Shown one piece after another: positions 39,302-48,406 of a stretch of DNA of 56,154 nt. How positions within the stretch are numbered: the stretch's first letter is position 1; every line of letters begins with the position of its first letter. The notes beneath the pieces are model-generated. The model did not search any database, was not told where the DNA came from, and saw only the letters and a program-made list of their open reading frames with translations. The position numbers were made by a program, and so were the translations under genes. The stretch is from positions 1-56,154 of the forward strand of contig JAZKZZ010000005.1 of the NCBI GenBank assembly GCA_045612885.1. The letters are read 5' to 3'. Source of the stretch: Bacilli bacterium. Its GTDB lineage: Bacteria > Bacillota_I > Bacilli_A > RFN20 > DUOF01.

Positions 39302-40203
39302 GTATTCGCAAAGTGTACTTTAGCTACTTCATTTAATTTTTCAATACCATACTCATTTACTAACTCTTTAGCAAACACATCTACTTCTTTACCAGCACCT
39401 TTAGGTATATCTTTTCCTATTTCATCAGATAACTTATCCATTTTAGTTAAGAATGAGTATCTAGCAATAATAGATGCTACGGCTACAGCAGGATATTTAC
39501 TTTCTGCTTTAGTTTCAAATCTTATTTGTCCTTCGATGTAAGGAGAGAACTTTACATAATCATAATATCTTGCTTCACTTAAGAATTGATCTACTACAGT
39601 TAGAACAGCTCTTTTATTTAATTTATCTCTTAAGTTATGAATGACTTGATTATGTAGCATTGCTTTAATTTTAGCTTGATTATATCCTTGCTTAATTAAA
39701 GCATTATATTTTTTAGGATCTAAACTTACTTGTGAGTAAGGGATTTTTGCTAGAATTCTAGGTGCTATCTTTTTGATTTTATCATCAGTTAACTTTTTAG
39801 AATCATCTATTCCAATTTCCTCTAGAAAAGGCAAGTCACTTGCTTTAACATAGCTTGCACATACACATAATGGACCAAAGTAATCACCAGTACCAACTTC
39901 ATCACTACCAATATGTTCTTTATGATATTTCCAATCCGAAGTAGTATCCTTTTTAGTTTCCTTTTTTTGAGTTTCTTCAATATCGTCTAGCAAAGAGTTA
40001 TCCCATATACTAGCTTCATAACTGGCCTTTTCTCCTTGAAAGACAACTTTTTTAGATGTATAGATAGTGATTGTTACTTTTTCTAATTTAAATTGATTTA
40101 ATACATATTCATTATTATTTTCTACTATATTTTCATTATAAAAGGAAATCATTTTATTGATTGTGTCTTCATCTAATATTAAAGTGATTGTTTTATTTTC
40201 CAT
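39283..40203 (-). CDS. rnhC: ribonuclease HIII
   Basis: N-terminal DUF3378-like domain plus RNase HII/HIII core (GSDEVGTGDYFGPL). ATG-40203 lies 5 nt after AGGTGA, so the track GTG-40212 is unlikely. Confidence 0.88.
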   Translation of the reverse strand: MENKTITLILDEDTINKMISFYNENIVENNNEYVLNQFKLEKVTITIYTSKKVVFQGEKASYEASIWDNSLLDDIEETQKKETKKDTTSDWKYHKEHIGSDEVGTGDYFGPLCVCASYVKASDLPFLEEIGIDDSKKLTDDKIKKIAPRILAKIPYSQVSLDPKKYNALIKQGYNQAKIKAMLHNQVIHNLRDKLNKRAVLTVVDQFLSEARYYDYVKFSPYIEGQIRFETKAESKYPAVAVASIIARYSFLTKMDKLSDEIGKDIPKGAGKEVDVFAKELVNEYGIEKLNEVAKVHFANTKKIEE

Positions 40204-40357
40204 CGTATTCACCTATTTATATTTTAACACTATTAGCAAAAAAATGCTAAAAAATTTAAAAAAACACAAGGAAATTATAATATTTAGAAAAATTATGAAT
40301 TAGATAAAAATACTATGAATTACACATTATGTCACATATAATTTTGAAATTTTAGAA

Positions 40358-40366
40358 TGATATAAT
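40358..40366 (+). promoter_or_regulatory. extended -10 element (TGaTATAAT), candidate promoter of the membrane-protein/patatin pair
   Basis: TGATATAAT read at 40358-40366. No good -35. About 94 nt upstream of the start codon. Confidence 0.3.
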
Positions 40367-40459
40367 AAAAATTATTTTTTAACTATTTAATAATAAAAAA
40401 CTACATATGAGTTAAAAAAGCAAATATATATGTTATCATTAAAGTAGGAGATGAGGACA

Positions 40460-41755
40460 ATGGATATTATGTCAATTGCTATAATGTTACTTCCATTAGC
40501 AATAGTTTTGCTAATTTTTTCTTTAACTCCATTTTTTAAATCTAAAGTTCAAATATATATAGCGTTAGTAATGTTTGGATTGTCTGCGGCAATGTTTGTT
40601 TTGCCAAATGAATGGTTTATGGAAACAAAAATGCCAATTATTGATAATTCAATAGAAAATATAATTTTGGAAGTATTAAATAAAATAAAAATGTATAAAG
40701 TTGTTACAGAGTTTGATGTTACGATACAAGAAAAAATTTTAGGCATGGTTCCTGGAATTGTTAAAACGTGTTTTGTATATTTTTTCTTTGTTGTTGAAGT
40801 TGTATTAATAACTTTAATATGTTTTATTATTCATCTGATTAAAAAAGGCAGAAAACCTGCACGTGTTAGCATAGGGGTTATTGCTATTTTGGTTATTTCT
40901 TTTGTTATAGCATATACTCCAATTGATACATGTAAAACTTTATATAATACTTTTACTGAGGTTGCTGCCAATGGTGAATTATTAGAAAATTATCCTGAAC
41001 TTAGTGAGTATGAAAAGGAGATAAAATTATTAGAAGAAATATTTGAAAAATGTGAAATAGAATTTTTAAATGAGTATTCTATATTTCCTTCTCCAGATGA
41101 TGATTTTATAAAAGGAAATCATGCGCAATTAATATCAGAATTAAAGAGATTAGAATCATTAATGAAAAAAGTTGATTCTACAGGTATAGAAATAATTTAT
41201 GAAAATCCTAATTTTAGATTTAAACACACAACTGAAAATACATTTAATTTTGATAGGATTAAAGAACTTATTGATGATGTAAGTGAATCTAAAATATATA
41301 ATAATATGGCTTTATTATATACTAATGATATTCTAGTAGCTTTCGAAGATATAATAAGTGATGGTCAGAAAGATAGAATAAATCTTCAATTGAGTGAAAA
41401 GGAATTTAAAGAGCAATATGTTCAGATTCTAGAATTATTAAAGTTTGTTGCTGAACACGATTTAGCTAGGAAAGTAGAAGATTTAGTCTCATCAAAGATT
41501 ACTGATTTTATTACTAAAGGAATTAACTTGTTACAAGAGTTGGGTAAGGAAGGTAGAAATAAATTAACTACGTTTGGTGAGTATCCTATCATTGCGAAAA
41601 TAAAAGAATATAAAGGTTTTTCAATTGATTTAATTGCCGAAATATATGCATGTTTGCAATTGTATAATAGTATGGATTTATGGTTAAGTAGATATAGGGG
41701 GACAGAATTATATAAAGTTGCAGGAGAATTTTTAATATTAAAAGGAGTAATATAA
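40460..41755 (+). CDS. hypothetical protein: 4-TM N-terminal domain plus ~270-aa helical cytoplasmic domain
   Basis: Hydrophobic segments at about aa 7-28, 33-51, 107-130 and 139-158 (track numbering). The rest is charged and helical. No family recognised. The start could be ATG-40460 or ATG-40451. Confidence 0.6.
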   Translation: MDIMSIAIMLLPLAIVLLIFSLTPFFKSKVQIYIALVMFGLSAAMFVLPNEWFMETKMPIIDNSIENIILEVLNKIKMYKVVTEFDVTIQEKILGMVPGIVKTCFVYFFFVVEVVLITLICFIIHLIKKGRKPARVSIGVIAILVISFVIAYTPIDTCKTLYNTFTEVAANGELLENYPELSEYEKEIKLLEEIFEKCEIEFLNEYSIFPSPDDDFIKGNHAQLISELKRLESLMKKVDSTGIEIIYENPNFRFKHTTENTFNFDRIKELIDDVSESKIYNNMALLYTNDILVAFEDIISDGQKDRINLQLSEKEFKEQYVQILELLKFVAEHDLARKVEDLVSSKITDFITKGINLLQELGKEGRNKLTTFGEYPIIAKIKEYKGFSIDLIAEIYACLQLYNSMDLWLSRYRGTELYKVAGEFLILKGVI

Positions 41756-41756
41756 C

Positions 41757-42509
41757 ATGTGTAATGGTTTAGTATTAGGTGGCGGAGGTTCTAAAGGTGC
41801 TTATCAAATTGGAGTACTTAGAGCGTTAAATGAATTAGGATATAATTATAAAGTTGTTACAGGGACTTCGGTTGGAGCTTTAAATACATTACTATTAGCT
41901 TCACATAAACAAGCGTTGTTGGAAAAGATATGGACAAAGATTGAATTTGAATCAATTATTGGACATGAATACAAATGGAATAGTAAAGTTTTAGAAACAT
42001 TTATAAAAGGAATATTAAAAGGAGGATTACCACTTTCACCACTTGAAAATTTGATTCATGAACATGTAAATGTTAGTGAATTGAAAGCTTCAGATATTGA
42101 ATGTGGGATTGTTTTTACCTCTCCATTTAGAAAATATACTCCCATTATAATAAAACAAACTCAAGATGATAAAATATTAGATTATCTTATAACTAGTTGT
42201 AGTGCTTTTCCATTTCTAAAGAAAAGAACAATAGATGGAAAAAAATGTTATGATGGTTTCTATACTGATAATTTACCTGTAAAGTTAGCAAAAGAGTTAG
42301 GTGCTACTAAGGTTATAGCAATAGATGTATTAAAGGGATTTAGGCAAAAAGTAGATATTAGTGATATGAAATATTTATGCATTAAACCAACTAGAAAAAC
42401 TGGATTTTTTTTGAATTTTGATAATGATAATGTAAATGGTTTGATAGAATTAGGTTATAAAGATGTAATGGATAGAAAAGAGGAAATTCTAGAATTTATT
42501 AATAGTTAG
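41757..42509 (+). CDS. patatin-like phospholipase
   Basis: Oxyanion motif GGGGSKG, nucleophile elbow GTSVG (GxSxG) and catalytic Asp in YDGFYTDNLP. Starts 1 nt after the upstream stop. Confidence 0.88.
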   Translation: MCNGLVLGGGGSKGAYQIGVLRALNELGYNYKVVTGTSVGALNTLLLASHKQALLEKIWTKIEFESIIGHEYKWNSKVLETFIKGILKGGLPLSPLENLIHEHVNVSELKASDIECGIVFTSPFRKYTPIIIKQTQDDKILDYLITSCSAFPFLKKRTIDGKKCYDGFYTDNLPVKLAKELGATKVIAIDVLKGFRQKVDISDMKYLCIKPTRKTGFFLNFDNDNVNGLIELGYKDVMDRKEEILEFINS

Positions 42510-42571
42510 TGATTATGTATATAAGTTACTTAATGTATATGGAAAATACTAATGTAATATTTTGAAGAAAG

Positions 42572-42595
42572 CAGATGGAAATCATCTGTTTTTAT
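42572..42595 (+). terminator. intrinsic terminator
   Basis: CAGATG-GAAAT-CATCTG followed by TTTTT. Confidence 0.6.
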
Positions 42596-42672
42596 TTTAT
42601 ATAATGTTCTAATTTATGAATAATATAACCTCCTTATATTGCGTGTTCTTCCTAAAACTTAATATATATTTT

Positions 42673-42702
42673 TTGTTATTAGTAATTTAATTGTGTTATA
42701 CT
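42673..42702 (+). promoter_or_regulatory. candidate promoter of mutS2-uvrC (TTGTTA - 18 nt - TGtTATACT)
   Basis: Hexamers at 42673-42678 and 42697-42702 with an extended TG. This places the track GTG-42693 start inside the promoter. Confidence 0.5.
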
Positions 42703-42722
42703 CTAAAGGGAAGGATGATTAT

Positions 42723-45026
42723 ATGTTAGCAAGTGAAGTATTGGAGTTTGATTTGATCAAAGAAACATTGAGTGAAATATCTAAGATGGATATTAATAAA
42801 GAACGTTTTTTAGATATGGAAATGTCTATTGACAAAGATAATATCGAACTTATGTTAAGACAGGTTGATGAAGCTAGTCAGATTTTATATAGATATGGTA
42901 ACTTAGAATTAGTAGAACTGGGGGATATTTATAATAGTGTAGATAGAGCTAGTAAAAGATCTATTCTTTCTATAAAAGAGTTATTTAATATATTATCATC
43001 TTTTAAAATTATTTTAGACATTCAAAAATATAATATTCAAATATCTAAAGATGAGTTTCAGGAGTATTTTAACATTGTAAATAAATTAACATTTGTCGAT
43101 GTTTTATATAGAGAATTATATAAGTGTATAGGAAATGATTTGACCATTTTAGATAGTGCTAGTATTAAATTAAAGAAGATAAGAAGTGAGATTAATAATT
43201 GCGAGATTGATATTAGAAATAAGTTAGTTAAAATAATTGCTAATAATTCTAAAATATTAACTGATACTAATATCATTTATCGAAATGGTAAACAAGTATT
43301 AGCAGTTAATTCCTCATATAAGTATAGTTTGGGTGGAATAGTTGTAGATGAGTCAAATAGTGGGGCTACAAGTTATGTTGAACCTGAAGAAGTATATAAA
43401 TTAACTTGTAAGGTTAATCGTTTAAAAGATGAAGAAAATGAAGAAATAGAGAGAATCTTAACTTATCTTAGTCAATATGTAGCAACTTATAAAGAGGAAA
43501 TCGGAACTAATTTTAGTGCATTATTAGATATCGATTTTATATTTAGTAAAGCTAAATATGGAAACAGAATAAATGGTAAAAGAGCAATTATAAGTGATGA
43601 AGTAAAATTGGTTAGTGCTAGACATCCTTTGATTGATAAAGATAAGGTGGTTAGTAATACTTTCTCCTTATCTAATAAAGATAAGAAAATTATAGTTATC
43701 AGTGGACCTAATACTGGGGGAAAGAGTGTAGCGCTTAAAACCTTAGGATTACTTTCATATATGAATCAATGTGGCTTGCTTATTAGTGTAGATGGTGAAG
43801 CTAGATTACCTATATTTGACAATATTTATCTAGATTTGGGAGATAATCAATCAATCATATCTTCCTTATCTACCTTTTCTAGTCATATTTTGAATATTTC
43901 TAATATATTAAATAACGCTAATGAAAATAGTTTAGTATTATTAGATGAAGTTGGAGCAGGAACTGATCCTAAACAAGGAGAAGCTTTAGCTATGGCAATC
44001 ATAGAAGAGTTTCATTTACTTAACTCATATCTTATGATTACTACTCACTATGATAATTTAAAGAGTTATGCCCTTGATTCTAATTATATTAAAGTATGTG
44101 CTATGGAATTTAATAAAGAGACCCTTAAACCAACTTATAAATTAATTGAAAATAGCATAGGTAAATCTTATGGAATAGAAATTGCTAAGTCTTATGGAAT
44201 AAATCAAAGAGTTATTGATAACGCTATTTCATATAAAGAAAAATATTCAAATGTTAATGAAAGAGCACTAGAAAGATTAGAGAAAGAAACTAGTAAGTGC
44301 GAATTATTACAACTTGAACTTGAAAGAGTAAAAAATGATTTGAATAATCAGATAGAAATTAATAAAGAAAAAGAAAAGAATTTAAATGATTTAATTAAAG
44401 ATATAGAAAAGAATGCTAAAGAAGAAAAAGAGAGAATAATTGAAGATAGTGTTATTAAAATAGAAGAAATATTAAAAGAGATTAGAAGCAAAGACAATTT
44501 AAAGATGCATGAAGCCTTAAAAGCAAAAAAAGAACTTGAAGAATTGTTAGATAAAGAAGAGGAAGAAAGAAGTAATGCTGTTTTTGAAGTTGGTGATTAT
44601 GTTTTTGTTACTTCTTTATCAATGTATGGAACGATTGTTAAAAAGAATAAAGATGTATATAGTGTCAATTTAGGAAAGATGACAGTTAATGTTAAAAATA
44701 ATGAGCTTGAAAAGAAAACTAAATCTAAAGAGAAGAGCAAAGTAAGCATTGGTAGTAGAGTAAGTGTAGGAAGAATGAGTAATGAACTTAATTTAATTGG
44801 TAAAACTAGTAATGAAGCCTTATATGAATTAGAAAAGTTTATTGATAAAGCAAGAATGATTAATTTGAGTCCAATAAGAATTATTCATGGATTTGGAAAA
44901 GGTATATTAAGAAGTACAGTAGAAAACTATCTTAAAAAGTGTGATTTTGTAGAATCATATTCACTTGCAGGATATGGACAGGGTAGTGGTGGAGCTACAA
45001 TGGTTTATTTAAAGAAAAGAGGGTAA
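42723..45026 (+). CDS. mutS2: endonuclease MutS2
   Basis: MutS ATPase core (GPNTGGKSV, LLDEVGAGTDP), coiled-coil region and a C-terminal Smr domain (IRIIHGFGKGILR). Confidence 0.93.
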   Translation: MLASEVLEFDLIKETLSEISKMDINKERFLDMEMSIDKDNIELMLRQVDEASQILYRYGNLELVELGDIYNSVDRASKRSILSIKELFNILSSFKIILDIQKYNIQISKDEFQEYFNIVNKLTFVDVLYRELYKCIGNDLTILDSASIKLKKIRSEINNCEIDIRNKLVKIIANNSKILTDTNIIYRNGKQVLAVNSSYKYSLGGIVVDESNSGATSYVEPEEVYKLTCKVNRLKDEENEEIERILTYLSQYVATYKEEIGTNFSALLDIDFIFSKAKYGNRINGKRAIISDEVKLVSARHPLIDKDKVVSNTFSLSNKDKKIIVISGPNTGGKSVALKTLGLLSYMNQCGLLISVDGEARLPIFDNIYLDLGDNQSIISSLSTFSSHILNISNILNNANENSLVLLDEVGAGTDPKQGEALAMAIIEEFHLLNSYLMITTHYDNLKSYALDSNYIKVCAMEFNKETLKPTYKLIENSIGKSYGIEIAKSYGINQRVIDNAISYKEKYSNVNERALERLEKETSKCELLQLELERVKNDLNNQIEINKEKEKNLNDLIKDIEKNAKEEKERIIEDSVIKIEEILKEIRSKDNLKMHEALKAKKELEELLDKEEEERSNAVFEVGDYVFVTSLSMYGTIVKKNKDVYSVNLGKMTVNVKNNELEKKTKSKEKSKVSIGSRVSVGRMSNELNLIGKTSNEALYELEKFIDKARMINLSPIRIIHGFGKGILRSTVENYLKKCDFVESYSLAGYGQGSGGATMVYLKKRG

Positions 45027-45028
45027 CT

Positions 45029-46771
45029 ATGATTGAAGAAAAGTTAAATCTACTTGAAGATAAACCTGGTTGCTATTTAATGTATGATAAGGATAATAAC
45101 ATTATTTATGTTGGTAAGGCTAAGAGTCTAAAAAAAAGAGTTAGTCAATACTTTTTAAAAGAGCATACAGGTAAGACTAAGCTTATGGTTAGTAATGTTT
45201 TTACTTTTGATACTATTATTACTCATAGTGAAAAAGAAGCGTTGTTACTTGAAAATAATCTTATTAAGAAACATAATCCTAAGTATAATATTTTATTAAA
45301 AGATGATAAAAGATATCCGTATGTTAAATTAAATATAACAGGTTATCCATATTTAGAGATTGCAAGAAATATTAAAGACAAAAAGGCTATTTATTATGGC
45401 CCTTTTTCTGATTCTAGTGCAGCATATACCTCCATTAATTTATTAAATCAAATATATCCATTAAGAAAATGTAAAAATATACCTAAAAAAGAGTGTTTAT
45501 ATGCTCATTTAGGGATGTGTTTAGCTCCATGTATTAAAGATATAGATAAAGAAAGCAAGGATAGAATTATAAAAGATGTAGATGATTTTTATAATGGTGA
45601 TGCAAGTAAAGTAAAAAGAAAACTAGTAAGTAGAATGAATGAGTATTCTTCTAGATTAGAGTTTGAAAATGCTAAGGAGTGCAAGGAATTAATAGAGTAT
45701 TTAGATCATATTTTAATTAAACAGGATGTAGAACTAAAGAATAATTTAAATTGTGATTTTTTTGCTTTTTCTTTTAAAGAAGATTATGTTTCTATGGCTG
45801 TGTTTGTATATAGAAATGGAATTCTTATTCATAAAGATAAAAGAGTTATTGAAGGATTAGTAGATGATGAAAGTTATGAATCTATAATAGTAGAGTATTA
45901 TAATCATAATATTATACCAAAACATATTATTATTCCTACTTACTTGGATAGTAGTCTACTTGAAGAAACTTTAAATACACATGTTAGTTATGCTTATAAA
46001 GGAAGTAAAAAGAATATTTTAGAAATGGTAGCTATGAATGCTAAAAAGGCAATGGAAGAATATTTTTTAAAGGATTTAAATAATCAAAAATTATTAATAG
46101 AATTACAAGAAAAATTAGGTTTAGATGTATATCCTTACCGAATTGATTTATTTGATAATTCTCATCTTCAAGGAGAGAATGCAGTTGGAGTTAAAGTTTG
46201 CTTTGAAAATGCTAAAAGTAATAAGAAATTATATAGAAAATATCTAATTAATAATGATAATAAAAAAGATGATTTAGCTAGTATGAAGGAAGTTTTATAT
46301 CGAAGATTATTTAAGATTATTAGTGATGATGATTATAAACCTGAGTTGATTATTCTAGATGGGGGAATGAATCAAATTAATGCAGTTAAGGAAATTGTAA
46401 ATGACTTACATTTAGAAATTAATTTATGTGGTTTAGTTAAAGATAGTAAACATAATACTAGAGGATTAATGGATAGTAATGGAAACATTATCGAGATAGA
46501 GAAAAATAGTGAATTATTTTATCTTCTAGTTAGAATGCAAGATGAAGTTCATCGCTTTGCAATTACTAGTCATAGAAACAAAAGAAGTAAATCTCTTACT
46601 AGTTCAATCTTGGATTCAATTCAAGGGTTAGGTAAAAAAAGAAAAGAGGAGTTGCTTAGAGCATATTCTAGTATTAGTGAGATAGCTTGTGCATCAGTTG
46701 AAGAATTAAGTCAATATGTTCCTCTAAATGTAGCAAAAACAATAAAAGAAAAACTTAATAACCATAATTAA
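45029..46771 (+). CDS. uvrC: excinuclease ABC subunit C
   Basis: GIY-YIG N-terminus (GCYLMYDKDNNIIYVGKAKSLKKRVSQYF), UVR domain, and C-terminal endonuclease and HhH regions. Confidence 0.96.
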   Translation: MIEEKLNLLEDKPGCYLMYDKDNNIIYVGKAKSLKKRVSQYFLKEHTGKTKLMVSNVFTFDTIITHSEKEALLLENNLIKKHNPKYNILLKDDKRYPYVKLNITGYPYLEIARNIKDKKAIYYGPFSDSSAAYTSINLLNQIYPLRKCKNIPKKECLYAHLGMCLAPCIKDIDKESKDRIIKDVDDFYNGDASKVKRKLVSRMNEYSSRLEFENAKECKELIEYLDHILIKQDVELKNNLNCDFFAFSFKEDYVSMAVFVYRNGILIHKDKRVIEGLVDDESYESIIVEYYNHNIIPKHIIIPTYLDSSLLEETLNTHVSYAYKGSKKNILEMVAMNAKKAMEEYFLKDLNNQKLLIELQEKLGLDVYPYRIDLFDNSHLQGENAVGVKVCFENAKSNKKLYRKYLINNDNKKDDLASMKEVLYRRLFKIISDDDYKPELIILDGGMNQINAVKEIVNDLHLEINLCGLVKDSKHNTRGLMDSNGNIIEIEKNSELFYLLVRMQDEVHRFAITSHRNKRSKSLTSSILDSIQGLGKKRKEELLRAYSSISEIACASVEELSQYVPLNVAKTIKEKLNNHN

Positions 46772-46808
46772 ATTTATGCATATTATATACTAGCAGGGAG
46801 GTTAAGTA

Positions 46809-47015
46809 ATGGTGTCTATCTTAACTGCTAGAGAAAGACAAATCTTTAATTTATTAATCGAAAATAATACTACTAGTGATATAGCTTCTTTGCTACATAT
46901 TAGTGAAAAGACCGTTAGAAACCATATTTCTAATGTTATTCAAAAATTAGATGTAAATAGCAGATCACAAGCCATTATTGAACTAATAAAATTAAAGGAA
47001 ATAGCCCTTAAATAA
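46809..47015 (+). CDS. gerE: GerE-like LuxR-family HTH transcription regulator (stand-alone DNA-binding domain)
   Basis: 68 aa. LTARERQIFNLLIENNTTSDIASLLHISEKTVRNHISNVIQKL..SRSQAIIELI closely parallels B. subtilis GerE as I remember it. Lies downstream of uvrC, as in the Bacillus macro-synteny. Confidence 0.75.
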   Translation: MVSILTARERQIFNLLIENNTTSDIASLLHISEKTVRNHISNVIQKLDVNSRSQAIIELIKLKEIALK

Positions 47016-47026
47016 AAGGGCTTTTT
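47004..47026 (+). terminator. intrinsic terminator after gerE
   Basis: GCCCTT-AAATAA-AAGGGC followed by TTTTT. Overlaps the end of the CDS. Confidence 0.8.
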
Positions 47027-47051
47027 ATATGTGAAAAAGCAGGTTAGATAT

Positions 47052-47080
47052 TTGATTATGAATAAATAATGATGTATACT
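47052..47080 (+). promoter_or_regulatory. candidate promoter (TTGATT - 17 nt - TATACT)
   Basis: Hexamers at 47052-47057 and 47075-47080. Confidence 0.55.
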
Positions 47081-47110
47081 TAAATTAATTAGGTATAGGT
47101 GGTGTTTTAT

Positions 47111-48298
47111 ATGTTAAGTGATAGAAAAAAAAGAGCGTCAATTGAACTAGTAAAATTTAAAGGCGAAAATTTAGAATTATTAAGCGAAGAGTTAAGAAAT
47201 GATAAAGAAGTAGTATTAGCAGCAGTTAGCCAAGATGGCTATGCCCTAGAATATGCAAGTGATGAGTTAAAAAATGATAAAGAAGTGGTATTAGCAGCAG
47301 TTAGCAGTAATGGTGATGCCCTAAAATATGCAAGTGATGAGTTAAAAAATGACAAAGAAGTAGTACTAGCAGCAGTTAGCCAAAATGGGCTTGCTTTAAG
47401 ACATACAAGCGAAGAATTAAGAAATGATAAGAAAATAGTATTAGTAGCAGTAAGAAAAGAGCCTTCGGCCCTAAAATATGCAAGCGAAGAGTTAAGAAAT
47501 GATAAAAAAATAGTTTCAGTAGCAGTGCTTCGATATCCTCCTGTTCTAGAATATGCAAGCGATGAATTAAAAAATGATAAAAGATTTCTCCTTTCTCTAG
47601 CAAAAGAAAATTACAACGTGGTTTACTACATGCCCCGTGCACTTAGAGTAGACGACGAATTTATGATTGAATTAATAAAAATAGATCCTAGAGCATTTGA
47701 ATATGCAAGTGACAAGTTGAAGAAAGATAAGGAATTAGTATTAGCAATAGTTAAGCGAGGTGGCTATGCCCTAGAATATGCAAGTGATGAGTTAAAAGAT
47801 GATAGAGAAGTAGTACTAGCAGCAGTTAGCAGTAATGGTAATGTCCTAGGAATTTTAAGTGAAGAGTTAAGAAATGATAAAGAAATAGTATTAGCTGCAG
47901 TTAATCAAAACGGGTTTGCTTTAGAGCATGCAAGTGAAGAGTTAAGAAATGATAAAGAATTAGTATTAGCTGCAGTTAGCCAAGATGGCTGTGCCCTAGA
48001 ATGTGCAAGTGATGAGTTAAAAAATGACAAAGAAGTAGTATTAGCAGCAGTTAGCAGTAATGGTGCTGTCCTAAGAATTTTAAGTGAAGAGTTAAGAAAT
48101 GATAAAGAAATAGTATTAGCAGCAGTTAGGCAAGTTGGCTGGGCCCTAGAATATGCAAGTGAAGAGTTAAGAAATGATAAAGAAGTAGTACTTGCCGCAG
48201 TAAAAAACAATCGTGGTGCCCTATCTTATGTAGGCGAAGAGTTAAGAAATGATCCTCAATTTAAAGCCTTGGTGAACCAAGTTAACAACATACGTTAA
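47111..48298 (+). CDS. DUF4116-like repeat protein A (24-aa cap plus 14 full and 1 partial 25-aa repeats)
   Basis: AGGTGG lies 8 nt before ATG-47111. The protein is entirely SEELRNDKEVVLAAVSQDGYALEYA-type units. No signal peptide or TM segment. Confidence 0.8.
   Translation: MLSDRKKRASIELVKFKGENLELLSEELRNDKEVVLAAVSQDGYALEYASDELKNDKEVVLAAVSSNGDALKYASDELKNDKEVVLAAVSQNGLALRHTSEELRNDKKIVLVAVRKEPSALKYASEELRNDKKIVSVAVLRYPPVLEYASDELKNDKRFLLSLAKENYNVVYYMPRALRVDDEFMIELIKIDPRAFEYASDKLKKDKELVLAIVKRGGYALEYASDELKDDREVVLAAVSSNGNVLGILSEELRNDKEIVLAAVNQNGFALEHASEELRNDKELVLAAVSQDGCALECASDELKNDKEVVLAAVSSNGAVLRILSEELRNDKEIVLAAVRQVGWALEYASEELRNDKEVVLAAVKNNRGALSYVGEELRNDPQFKALVNQVNNIR
47183..48232 (+). repeat. 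14 tandem in-frame 75-bp coding repeats
   Basis: 25-codon periodicity read directly. Many units share long identical stretches (for example GAAGAGTTAAGAAATGATAAAGAA...). Confidence 0.9.
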
Positions 48299-48322
48299 AC
48301 TAAAGTAAATTAAATGAAAGAA

Positions 48323-48345
48323 GCCCTTGAATAAAAGGGCTTTTT
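48323..48345 (+). terminator. intrinsic terminator (near-copy of the gerE terminator)
   Basis: GCCCTT-GAATAA-AAGGGC followed by TTTTT. Confidence 0.8.
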
Positions 48346-48356
48346 ATATTATATAT

Positions 48357-48385
48357 TTGACTATGAGGATATAAGCATTTATACT
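48357..48385 (+). promoter_or_regulatory. candidate promoter (TTGACT - 17 nt - TATACT)
   Basis: Hexamers at 48357-48362 and 48380-48385. Confidence 0.55.
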
Positions 48386-48406
48386 AGATACAAGGTGGTG
48401 TTTTAA

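Noticed and set aside
41757-42509. Patatin as a CBASS-type or other cyclic-nucleotide-activated defence effector
   Set aside because: No CD-NTase/cyclase, SAVED/STING-like sensor domain, E1/E2/JAB or other defence genes are nearby. The 250-aa protein is catalytic domain only. Kept only as a lower-confidence membrane-protein/lipase pair finding.
42628-42635. Strong Shine-Dalgarno-like AAGGAGGT on the minus strand in the patatin-mutS2 intergenic region
   Set aside because: No ATG, GTG or TTG at suitable spacing. Only an ATT followed by a 9-codon frame, and no supporting promoter or conservation evidence.
47087-47100. Two overlapping matches (AATTAGGT, GTATAGGT) to the GerE-box core RWWTRGGY, as I remember it, in the 5'UTR of DUF4116 gene A
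   Set aside because: The matches overlap the AGGTGG ribosome-binding site, which trivially supplies RGGY. They are not reproduced upstream of gene B. The motif is too short to call without statistics.
47376-48210. Minus-strand ORFs 47376-47642 and 47905-48210 within DUF4116 gene A
   Set aside because: The 75-bp periodic sequence lacks stops on an antisense frame. The sense frame has an RBS, a promoter, a terminator and paralogue support.
47183-48232. Regular 75-bp periodicity, considered as a possible CRISPR-like or non-coding satellite array
   Set aside because: The period is exactly 25 codons in one long open frame. There is no repeat/unique-spacer alternation and no cas genes. These are coding tandem repeats.
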